From Minisyncoccota bacterium (lineage in GTDB: Bacteria > Patescibacteriota > Minisyncoccia > Phycocordibacterales > UBA918): 64,000 bases of DNA. The stretch is from the NCBI GenBank assembly GCA_041389045.1, contig JAWKSQ010000002.1:23898-87897 (forward strand). Reading direction: 5' to 3'. The translations under genes and the position numbers were made by a program. This document shows, piece by piece, positions 56,087 through 63,416 of this stretch; position 1 is the first letter of the stretch, and each line of letters begins with the position of its first letter. The notes beneath the pieces are model-generated. The model did not search any database and was not told where the DNA came from. It saw only the letters and a list, made by a program, of their open reading frames with translations.

Positions 56087-56524
56087 ATGGAACAAATAAA
56101 ATCAGACGTTGAATCCTTTGCACGTATTCGTGTAGTTGGTGTTGGTGGTTCTGGAAAGAACGCCGTTAACCACATGGTATCCCGTAAAGTTAAGGGAGTG
56201 GAGTTTATTGCTATCAATAGTGACTCACAAGACCTACATCACTCATTTGCTAAAAAGAAAATTCACATTGGTAAGAATCTAACTCGTGGTCTTGGTGCCG
56301 GTGGTAATCCTGACATGGGTCGTCGTGCTGCTGAAGAGACGCGTGAAGAAATTGCTAACGCGATCAAGGGCTCTGACAGATCTTCATCACTGGTGGTATG
56401 GGTGGTGGCACTGGTACCGGATCAGCTCCGGTTGTCGCCAAGATTGCTCGAGGAAAGTGGAGCACTGACTGCTGGTGTCGTGACTAAGCCTTTCCTATTT
56501 GAAGGACAGAACGTATGCGACTAG
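56087..56524 (+). CDS. ftsZ: FtsZ, N-terminal fragment (contains an internal compensated frameshift pair)
   Basis: [10 protein letters not shown] is present. The tubulin signature [23 protein letters not shown] is readable only in the alternative frame between about 56375 and 56452. Confidence 0.85.
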   Translation: MEQIKSDVESFARIRVVGVGGSGKNAVNHMVSRKVKGVEFIAINSDSQDLHHSFAKKKIHIGKNLTRGLGAGGNPDMGRRAAEETREEIANAIKGSDRSSSLVVWVVALVPDQLRLSPRLLEESGALTAGVVTKPFLFEGQNVCD

Positions 56525-57330
56525 CTCTCCAAGGTATCGAAGAGCTAAAAAAAGAAGTGGACGCCCTCATCACCATCCCTAACGACCGACTCCTAGCTAT
56601 CGTGGATCGCGAAACTACTGTTCGCAACGCCTTTGAACAATGTGACAATGTCCTCAAGCAAGCGGTTGAGGGTATTTCCGACCTCATCACTATGCCTGGT
56701 ATTATCAACGTCGACTTCGCTGACATTCGTAGCGTGATGGAAAATGCCGGCTCTGCTCTCATGGGTGTCGGTATTTCGTCTGGCGAAAAGCGGGCTGAAG
56801 AAGCTGCTCAAGCGGCTATCAATTCCCCACTCCTTGAAGTATCCATCACTGGAGCCAAGGGTGTCCTCTTCGCTATCGCTGGCGGAGACGACCTAGCGAT
56901 GCTCGAAATCCAAGACGCTGCCCGAGTTATTACTGAGTCTATCGATCCTCACGCTAAGGTGATCTTCGGAGCCATCAAGGACGACAAACTTAAGAAAAAT
57001 GAAATCAAGGTAACTGTCATCGCTACTGGCTTCCCAGAGGAACACGCTAATCCGCAAAACTCTATCTCGAGAAGAGCTCCTGCAGCTATCACTCGTCCAG
57101 AACCAGAAGATGAGGTAGTGGCGCCAGAGTCTAAGGGTAGAATCTTCAATTCCCTTTCCATGCCAAAGAAGACTGAACAGGAACCAACTCCAGAACCAGT
57201 TGTAAACAACTCTGTACGCCATAACGACATGCCTAAGCGTGATCCAAAGCCAGTTGATCCGATTGATGAAGATGATGATGGAGACTGGGGTGCGGTTCCA
57301 GCATTTTTGCGTAGGTCAAAGCTTAAATAA
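56515..57330 (+). CDS. ftsZ: FtsZ, C-terminal fragment
   Basis: [28 protein letters not shown]... with a C-terminal DWGAVPAFLRR peptide. It joins the upstream fragment at the A-run near 56508. Confidence 0.9.
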   Translation: MRLALQGIEELKKEVDALITIPNDRLLAIVDRETTVRNAFEQCDNVLKQAVEGISDLITMPGIINVDFADIRSVMENAGSALMGVGISSGEKRAEEAAQAAINSPLLEVSITGAKGVLFAIAGGDDLAMLEIQDAARVITESIDPHAKVIFGAIKDDKLKKNEIKVTVIATGFPEEHANPQNSISRRAPAAITRPEPEDEVVAPESKGRIFNSLSMPKKTEQEPTPEPVVNNSVRHNDMPKRDPKPVDPIDEDDDGDWGAVPAFLRRSKLK

Positions 57331-57340
57331 GCTTTGACTA

Positions 57341-57492
57341 GCAAAAATGCGAACCGCAAAGCGGAGCGATGTGAGTCGCCTCTTCCCAGGACGACGAACC
57401 AGCGAGCTGGGGTCGAGAACACTTAGTAGATTTCGCACGTAGTGCAGAAATATACTTAGTGATTCGTGACCGGTTCCTACTTTTGCGTTTGC
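57341..57492 (+). repeat. mosaic structured repeat, unit H1 (no tRNA nearby)
   Basis: The outer arms GCAAAAATGCGAACCG and CGGTTCCTACTTTTGCGTTTGC are complementary. The core is GCGGAGCGATGTGA[GTCG..CGAC]GAACCAGCGAGCTGGGGTCGAGAACACTTAGTAGATTTCGCACGTAGTGCAGAAATATACTTAGTGATTCGTGACC. Confidence 0.85.
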
Positions 57493-57518
57493 ATAATTAA
57501 AATAATTTAGCTTCCAAA

Positions 57519-57651
57519 AAAGCGGTGCCGACGGGCGTAGCGATGTGAACCGCCCCATCTTAGGGCGGTGAACCAGCGAGCCGAGTCGACAAGTACTTAG
57601 TTTTTTATGAACGTAGAGATATAAAAAGCTTAGTAACTTGTGACCGGTTCC
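57519..57651 (+). repeat. mosaic structured repeat, unit H2
   Basis: GCGTAGCGATGTGA[ACCGCCC-CATCTTA-GGGCGGT]GAACCAGCGAGCCGAGTCGACAAGTACTTAGTTTTTTATGAACGTAGAGATATAAAAAGCTTAGTAACTTGTGACCGGTTCC. Confidence 0.8.
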
Positions 57652-57682
57652 AGCCTGCTAAATAAATCTATTTAAATTCCAG

Positions 57683-57726
57683 CCAAAACAAACCCCAACA
57701 CCTCAGTGTTGGGGTTTGTTTTGTGG
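57683..57726 (+). terminator. terminator after the ftsZ-repeat block
   Basis: CCAAAACAAACCCCAACAC-CTC-AGTGTTGGGGTTTGTTTTGTGG. Confidence 0.75.
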
Positions 57727-57785
57727 GAATTACCGCCATAAGGTACAATAACAGCTCTAAGAAAATAATATTGAATTTGTAAGAT

Positions 57786-58709
57786 ATGTTTGAACTCGCA
57801 ATTATAGGTGGCGGACCAGCTGGAGTAGCAGCCGGGGTATATGCATCACGAAAGAAATTGGAAACTTTATTTATTACTAAGGAATGGGGTGGCCAGAGTA
57901 CAGTTTCAACTGAAATCCAAAACTGGATTGGTACCCCAGCTATCAGCGGAACCAAACTAGCAGACGATCTAAAACTTCATCTTACTACTTATGCTAGTGA
58001 CGTAGTTACTATTAAAGAAAATGTTACGGTAACAAAGATTGAAAAAGTTGGCGATATTTTTTCTATCACTTTAAGTTCTGGTGAGACCCACAAAGCCAAA
58101 GCCATCCTAATTGCTAGTGGCTCAAAGCGCCGACAACTACCAGCCATTAATGCTGATATTTTTGAACATAAAGGCCTCACCTACTGTGCCAGTTGTGACG
58201 GACCCATTTTTAGTGGACAATCGGTAGCAGTCATTGGTGGAGGTAACGCCGCTCTCGAAACTGCCGCCCAGCTACTAGCCTACGCCAAAGACGTCACCAT
58301 CATACAACGCAGTGGCTCATACAAAGCTGACCCAGTCACAGTCGACAAAGTCTTTTCTCACCCCAACATGAAAGGAATCCTTAACGCCGAGGTTAAAGAA
58401 ATTAAAGGTGACAAGTTTGTGTCTGGCTTAGTGTACTTAGACAAAACTACTGGCGAAGAAAAGACTCTTGATGTCACTGGTATTTTCGTCGAAATCGGTA
58501 TGCTTCCAAACACCGATTACTTGGCAAGTGTGGTACCACTTGATGAATATGGACGAGTAGTCATCAACCCTTGGACTCAGAAGACAGAAACCCCTGGTAT
58601 CTGGGCAGCTGGCGACTGTACCAATGTTCTCTATCATCAAAACAACATCGCGGCTGGTGATGCCGTTAGAGCACTAGAAGATATCTACGTTACCTTGCGA
58701 GCCAGATAG
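57786..58709 (+). CDS. trxB: thioredoxin-disulfide reductase
   Basis: Contains IIGGGPAGVAAGVYA, the redox motif CASCDG and GGGNAALE. Confidence 0.9.
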   Translation: MFELAIIGGGPAGVAAGVYASRKKLETLFITKEWGGQSTVSTEIQNWIGTPAISGTKLADDLKLHLTTYASDVVTIKENVTVTKIEKVGDIFSITLSSGETHKAKAILIASGSKRRQLPAINADIFEHKGLTYCASCDGPIFSGQSVAVIGGGNAALETAAQLLAYAKDVTIIQRSGSYKADPVTVDKVFSHPNMKGILNAEVKEIKGDKFVSGLVYLDKTTGEEKTLDVTGIFVEIGMLPNTDYLASVVPLDEYGRVVINPWTQKTETPGIWAAGDCTNVLYHQNNIAAGDAVRALEDIYVTLRAR

Positions 58710-58724
58710 TTTCTTACCTAAACC

Positions 58725-58761
58725 AAAAGCAAAAAGCGCCGAGAAGGCGCTTTTTGCTTTT
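58725..58761 (+). terminator. rho-independent terminator
   Basis: AAAAGCAAAAAGCGCC-GAGAA-GGCGCTTTTTGCTTTT. Confidence 0.85.
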
Positions 58762-59316
58762 GTACAACGTAGAGTTTGGTCTGCACGCTTTGCTCATAGC
58801 CTGAGCGTTGTATGGAGATACTTCACCACCGTGCAAACCTATAACTAGCATCTCATACTCATAACTAGTGTCAACGAAAGTCTAAAATCCTTATTTTTCA
58901 ACCTTCTGTGTATAAACCTGTGTAAAAGTACTGGAAAAGTATGTATAAAACCCTGGTCATAACTTATGTAAAAGTCTGTCGATAGTCACTTGACGTCCTT
59001 TAGTAGAAAAGTCACCAAATTTAGCTTAGTTGCATAACTTTAGCCATAAAAACTTACTACACAATTATAGTATAACAAGCACTTAGTAGACCTAGAATTT
59101 CCTGACATTTCTGGTACTATGTGGCGGACTAAATAGCAGATTTAAAAATTGCTACTTTAGTAAAAAGTAAGTACAGGAAAGGAGTGGTTTTTGGCATGAG
59201 GATGGCACGGAGCCGAGAATATCTCCCAGACCAAGTTGGAGGCAGACGAGTATAAGTTGGAAGTGGTTTTTGGCAAGAGTATTGCACTCAACCAAAAATG
59301 TCTCCCAGACATTTTT

Positions 59317-59388
59317 GGCCCTATCGTATAACGGCTAGTACACTTGGTTCTCATCCAAGAAATCGGAGTTCGATTCTCCGTAGGCACG
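59317..59388 (+). tRNA. tRNA-Glu(CTC) with a defective acceptor 3' strand
   Basis: GGCCCTA TC GTAT AACGGCTA GTAC A CTTGG TTCTCAT CCAAG AAAT CGGAG TTCGATT CTCCG TAGGCAC. The last 7 nt give 2 mismatches with GGCCCTA. The displaced copies read TAGGGTCAC, which would pair fully. Confidence 0.6.
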
Positions 59389-59426
59389 CGTACAAAAACG
59401 AGCATCTCGAAAGAGGTGCCGTTTTT
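59385..59426 (+). repeat. 42-bp direct repeat, left copy (tRNA-Glu end plus terminator)
   Basis: CACGCGTACAAAAACGAGCATCTCGAAAGAGGTGCCGTTTTT is identical to 61011-61052. Confidence 0.9.
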
Positions 59427-59430
59427 GTTG

Positions 59431-59568
59431 CGTGAGACTACGAGTAAACCTGCCAGTGGCAGGCTTACGTGAGAATCGAAGCTGTTGCCTGCTAGATTAA
59501 AAGCGGAGCGAATTAATCTAGCGACAACGGGTACTGAAACTGTAAGTTTCGATTCTCCGTAGGGTCAC
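59431..59568 (+). repeat. tRNA-linked mosaic repeat, unit G (short core variant)
   Basis: GCGTGAGACTACG is followed by the hairpin GTAAACCTGCC-AGT-GGCAGGCTTAC. GAGAATCGAA (59471-80) is the reverse complement of the T loop/stem. The core is CTAGATTAAAAGCGGAGCGAATTAATCTAG. A perfect tRNA-Glu 3' end GTTTCGATTCTCCGTAGGGTCAC follows at 59546-68. Confidence 0.7.
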
Positions 59569-59572
59569 ATAG

Positions 59573-59601
59573 TTGACATTTATTATTATTTATGTTATCA
59601 T
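59573..59601 (+). promoter_or_regulatory. sigma70-like promoter
   Basis: TTGACA-N17-TATCAT. Confidence 0.65.
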
Positions 59602-59648
59602 ATTGCCTGGTAGCAAATTTCACAACCCAACAAACGAAAGGGGGGCTA

Positions 59649-59954
59649 ATGGCCACACATAAATACATCTACTGGCGTCCCGATATGCAACCCAACGAGA
59701 AAGGTGAGACGTATGCCAACGTCCATCTCCTCGTTGGATACAACCAGGCATCCATCACCGATTTTCGGAAGATGGCTGACGAACTTCGCGAGACGTTCCC
59801 ACAGGCGACCGATGACGACATCTGCGGAGGAAAGGTTTTCAAATCCTCCTACGTCAATGGACACACCATCATCACCTGGGGCGCGCACATCCCGAAGGGC
59901 GAATACCCTGGCTGGCACCAGAAGGACGACGGTCGCATGGAGTATTGTTGTTAA
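59649..59954 (+). CDS. hypothetical protein (101 aa), G+C-rich orphan
   Basis: A G-rich RBS (AAAGGGGGG) precedes ATG 59649, and a terminator follows directly. No motif recognised. Confidence 0.6.
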   Translation: MATHKYIYWRPDMQPNEKGETYANVHLLVGYNQASITDFRKMADELRETFPQATDDDICGGKVFKSSYVNGHTIITWGAHIPKGEYPGWHQKDDGRMEYCC

Positions 59955-59957
59955 CCA

Positions 59958-60010
59958 ACCCACTACTTCGAAGCAGAAACTCACTGCTTCGGTGGTGGGT
60001 TTTCTGTTTT
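59958..60010 (+). terminator. rho-independent terminator
   Basis: ACCCACTACTTCGAAGCAG-loop-CTGCTTCGGTGGTGGGT followed by TTTCTGTTTT. Confidence 0.8.
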
Positions 60011-60237
60011 ATACTGATTCTAATACCCTTAGGGAGTTACTTTATAAACTTAATTTGTTTAATTTCAACATATTTCAGCGTTAACTAGATCCTTTCCGAG
60101 CAAATGCCAAGCAGATAGCTCGCTGATTAATTGGTTCCAATTTTATCCCACTTGGGTTACAACGACATAAAAATAATAAAATTAGAAAACCCGCGATATA
60201 CCTTGCGGGTTTTCGCGGGCTACTGCTACTGGGAAGC

Positions 60238-60837
60238 TTAAGCGATCAGGAACTTAGGAGGATTCCAGTCTCGTTCTTCCGTTTCCGGTCGCATGGTTCC
60301 ACATGCCGAGTACCTGATCCCACGAAACGTCGGGACCGGATACGCCGAGATGTAGTAGTACTGGCGAAACCACAGTTCAATGTCAGCCAGATGCCACATT
60401 CCCGAGAGACCGCGTGCAACGACCTTCGCAATGATGAGTTGCGGGGCGTTATCAAGCGAGTCTCCTGCAAGCATGAGCATGCCTCGAAAGAACACGGTCT
60501 TGACTTCGAAGTCGTCACGATTCCTCGCCAAGTATGCAAGGGATCCGAGGTTATAAACCTCATCACGTTGTTTTTTGGAGAGTGAGTCCCAGTGACGTCT
60601 TGCAATGTCTTCCAGAAGATCGGCCTGAAGCATGTGGCCGTCAGCATCGAACTCAAGACCCGGCCGATGCTTCTTGTTCGGGACGATGATCTCACGATGA
60701 CGGAGAACAGCCTGTTCACCGAAACGCAACTTCAAAGCCTCACGGAAAACCTCCTCCGCATAGGTGAGGCCAGCACTGAGTTGCAGTGCATCCAAAAACT
60801 GACACCCCTCAACAGGGCGAGATTGCAAACCTGACAT
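60238..60837 (-). CDS. hypothetical protein (199 aa), G+C-rich orphan
   Basis: This is the longest ORF here; the overlapping ORFs are treated as shadows. A terminator hairpin AAAACCCGC..GCGGGTTTT lies at 60188-60216. No motif recognised. Confidence 0.6.
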   Translation of the reverse strand: MSGLQSRPVEGCQFLDALQLSAGLTYAEEVFREALKLRFGEQAVLRHREIIVPNKKHRPGLEFDADGHMLQADLLEDIARRHWDSLSKKQRDEVYNLGSLAYLARNRDDFEVKTVFFRGMLMLAGDSLDNAPQLIIAKVVARGLSGMWHLADIELWFRQYYYISAYPVPTFRGIRYSACGTMRPETEERDWNPPKFLIA

Positions 60838-61010
60838 GAACTTCTCCTCTATGGAGTCTTTCAGGGCGACATGCCACGAAAGGTAACCACTTTGATTACT
60901 AGATTATTATAACACAGTTTTAACTAATTTGCAATACATACTACGCTGAATTTTAGTCTAAATTGCTTTATTTCTTTAAGAACCTGGTTCCAATTCGTAC
61001 TACTTAGGGT

Positions 61011-61052
61011 CACGCGTACAAAAACGAGCATCTCGAAAGAGGTGCCGTTTTT
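61011..61052 (+). repeat. 42-bp direct repeat, right copy
   Basis: Identical to 59385-59426. It is preceded by TTAGGGT, a remnant of the tRNA-Glu acceptor 3' strand. Confidence 0.9.
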
Positions 61053-61058
61053 AATTAC

Positions 61059-61102
61059 ACAGGTCTTTCCTGTGTATTTTACAGGTCTTTCCTGTGTATT
61101 TT
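61059..61102. repeat. 22-bp tandem repeat x2 plus degenerate tail
   Basis: ACAGGTCTTTCCTGTGTATTTT occurs twice, followed by ATTTTAGTGTATTTTAGTATTTTGG. Each unit holds the hairpin ACAGG-TCTTTC-CTGT. Confidence 0.8.
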
Positions 61103-61129
61103 ATTTTAGTGTATTTTAGTATTTTGGTA

Positions 61130-61166
61130 AAAAAAGCCCACGCGGATTGTGGTCCGCATGGGCTTT
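61130..61166. terminator. bidirectional terminator (serves the minus-strand gene 61185-62246)
   Basis: AAAAAAGCCCACGCGGA-TTGTGG-TCCGCATGGGCTTTT. Confidence 0.8.
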
Positions 61167-61184
61167 TGAAAGTGGTCAGTCTAT

Positions 61185-62246
61185 TCAGTTGTGGGAGCGC
61201 GTGATGATTACCACGTTTACGAGACAGCCGACGCGACGCCAGATTACCAAGGCATCTTTTGGGTCTGGTAGAGCTACCGTTTCCGGATACAAAACTGCTG
61301 CCATAGCACCATCGTCATCATCGAAAGCAAGATATCGGTCCAGGAATGCACTGAGGTAGAAATCTTCGGTAACTCCCATGTCGAGTCGACTCGATTCAAC
61401 AAAACAAATGTTCCAATCCACATATGCAAACCGACGCATTGTTTTGTTGAAACTTTCATCGAAACGAAGCACCCATAAGTTACCCTCATCACCCCCTTCA
61501 AAGATATCTTCGTCGCACTCATCATTAAGATAGTTCTTGATTTGCATTCTGGTTTTTGACCATACAGCAGACTCCAAACCATCTCGAACGGAAACAAATT
61601 TAGCGACAGAATCCGAATCCATACGCCTCCAACGACTATCCAAAAGCCCAGTTTCGGAAAGTGCGCTTTTAGCACACAAAAACGCTTCTCCCCAGAAGTT
61701 TTTGGGAAACTCTTCATCCACACTTGGACTTGGAACACGTGGTGGCGGCTTGGTTGTTTCCTTCTTCAAGAACGCGTCAAGCCAATTCCGTACCGGGTCT
61801 GCTAATGGGCCAGAAATTCCAACCTCTTTCGAGTACAGGAGTGCTTGGAGTTCTTGTGGAACTTGCCTGCGATCCTGTGTCCACAGAAGACACAGAAGCG
61901 CATAAGCACGATCACCGTCTTCTTCGGCACCCCGCATCCGAGTGATTTGTTCCAACATTGTTGCAAGCGTGTGCACTTGGTCGGTAGTAGACGAAGCCTT
62001 GAGGAAGTACTCGAAGATACGCTCAATGATGTCCGCAATCGTACAGCACACACTGCGAGCTACCGAGGGCGGCACAAGGTCGGAAATCTCATGGTCTGCT
62101 AATGTCCTGATGAATGACACAAGCTTCTCAACTTGAACAATTGTTTGGTCTTGCGAAGCTTCCTTCACATCAAGAAGTTTGCTGCGAAACACAGCAAACA
62201 TCCTCAGTGATGATGACACAACCGTTTCCATCTTCATTCCTTTCAA
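61185..62246 (-). CDS. hypothetical protein (353 aa), G+C-rich orphan
   Basis: A long ORF with many shadow ORFs. Acidic patches are present (DECDEDIFEGGDEG, FDDDDG). No motif recognised. Confidence 0.65.
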   Translation of the reverse strand: MKGMKMETVVSSSLRMFAVFRSKLLDVKEASQDQTIVQVEKLVSFIRTLADHEISDLVPPSVARSVCCTIADIIERIFEYFLKASSTTDQVHTLATMLEQITRMRGAEEDGDRAYALLCLLWTQDRRQVPQELQALLYSKEVGISGPLADPVRNWLDAFLKKETTKPPPRVPSPSVDEEFPKNFWGEAFLCAKSALSETGLLDSRWRRMDSDSVAKFVSVRDGLESAVWSKTRMQIKNYLNDECDEDIFEGGDEGNLWVLRFDESFNKTMRRFAYVDWNICFVESSRLDMGVTEDFYLSAFLDRYLAFDDDDGAMAAVLYPETVALPDPKDALVIWRRVGCLVNVVIITRSHN

Positions 62247-62416
62247 AGATCAAGTATCTATTTCTTTGTAGTAAAACTTCACTACAAAGACGTAATCAAT
62301 TTACCAAGTAAAAAACTCAGGAAAAAGACATGAACTTATTGTATAGTATAATTGCTATTTTGTCAATATTGTGTCAAAATAACTGTATTTTCTTAGACAA
62401 ATCTTTCCTGGGAAAT

Positions 62417-62457
62417 GGAGTCAGAAAATGGAAAGCGGAGTCAGAAAATGGGGTCAG
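62417..62457. repeat. 15-bp direct repeats in a divergent promoter region
   Basis: GGAGTCAGAAAATGG at 62417-31 and 62437-51, plus a partial GGTCAG. Confidence 0.7.
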
Positions 62458-62564
62458 CCACCATTTTTCGAGATAAATGAAAATGGGTGTCTATTGGTAT
62501 TAACAACCCATTATCCCTCATCATCTTCACCAAAACCTAGTCAAACAGTATACTGACAGATAAC

Positions 62565-63401
62565 ATGTCGACACGACCACCAACAAAGTCACATCCGATA
62601 ACTTCTCTTATCCTGAAATTGACCGGGAAAGACAAAATCCCCCCTTCCCACGAGCGAGACTGGGCGCCCGATCAACAAATACTGCCGTACGCAAAATTCC
62701 ACCCGGACCAAGATACGATAGATATTTTTAATATCCGCAACTGTTCCTATCAAACAGTCACAAACTACACCGTCGCGCACTATGATAAAACCTATAAACT
62801 ATCTGAATTAACCTCACTGGACTTTGTCCTCGAACCATTCGGACACATCGGTGCCGCCCACTTACTAGTTACTTTTGGCTTTAAAAATGATACGTACTTA
62901 GCCATCTCCATCGAAATTCGCAAACGCCGAAATACTAAATTTTCACACTATAAAGTATTCACCGAACCACATGAACTGATGTATGTGATTGCTGATGAAA
63001 GTGATGTCATAAAACTCCGTACCAACTACCGTAAAGATACGGTCTACTTATACCCGGTCGAGACCACTGTCGAACATATGCAAAAACTATTTATCCATCT
63101 CCTCACTCGGGCCAATGCTATTAAGGAAGCACCGGAGTTCTATAATCCTATTACCAACAATTGCACCACCCATCTCGTAGATTATGTGCACGACGTGACC
63201 GACAAAAATGTTTATACTGACTACCGCCTATTTTTTACTCGTTTTTCTGATACTTTAGCCAAAGAACTAGGACTCATAGCTAGTGACATGACCATTAAAG
63301 AAGCTAGGAAACGTTATCGAATTACCGAAATCGCTCAACAGTCTGACGACAGCAAAAACTTTTCTAAGCAAATACGCCCTCACTTGTATACAGCTGAGTA
63401 A
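62565..63401 (+). CDS. DUF4105 (Lnb N-terminal-like) domain protein
   Basis: The pattern W.P....P.A......I.I.NIRN..Y, AH...TFGF, EIRKRR..KFS, LRTNYRKDTVYLYP and NNCTTH is recalled from the DUF4105 family. Confidence 0.65.
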   Translation: MSTRPPTKSHPITSLILKLTGKDKIPPSHERDWAPDQQILPYAKFHPDQDTIDIFNIRNCSYQTVTNYTVAHYDKTYKLSELTSLDFVLEPFGHIGAAHLLVTFGFKNDTYLAISIEIRKRRNTKFSHYKVFTEPHELMYVIADESDVIKLRTNYRKDTVYLYPVETTVEHMQKLFIHLLTRANAIKEAPEFYNPITNNCTTHLVDYVHDVTDKNVYTDYRLFFTRFSDTLAKELGLIASDMTIKEARKRYRITEIAQQSDDSKNFSKQIRPHLYTAE

Positions 63402-63416
63402 ATTTATTTGACCTGC

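Larger units (their letters stand above)
59427..61010. mobile_element. tRNA-Glu-associated G+C-rich islet without a recognisable integrase (possibly two accreted sub-islets)
   Basis: It is bounded by the 42-bp direct repeats. An internal att-like remnant GGTTCCAATTTTATCCCACTTGGGTTAC (60133-60160) resembles GGTTCCAATTCGTACTACTTAGGGTCAC (60986-61013). The two orphan genes are about 55% G+C by hand count. Confidence 0.55.

Noticed and set aside
59427-62246. A prophage, integrative element with integrase, or a toxin-antitoxin/defence island at tRNA-Glu.
   Set aside because: No integrase, recombinase, phage structural or recognisable defence-domain motifs appear in any frame. Only direct repeats and orphan ORFs are present, so it is reported as an islet of unknown nature instead.
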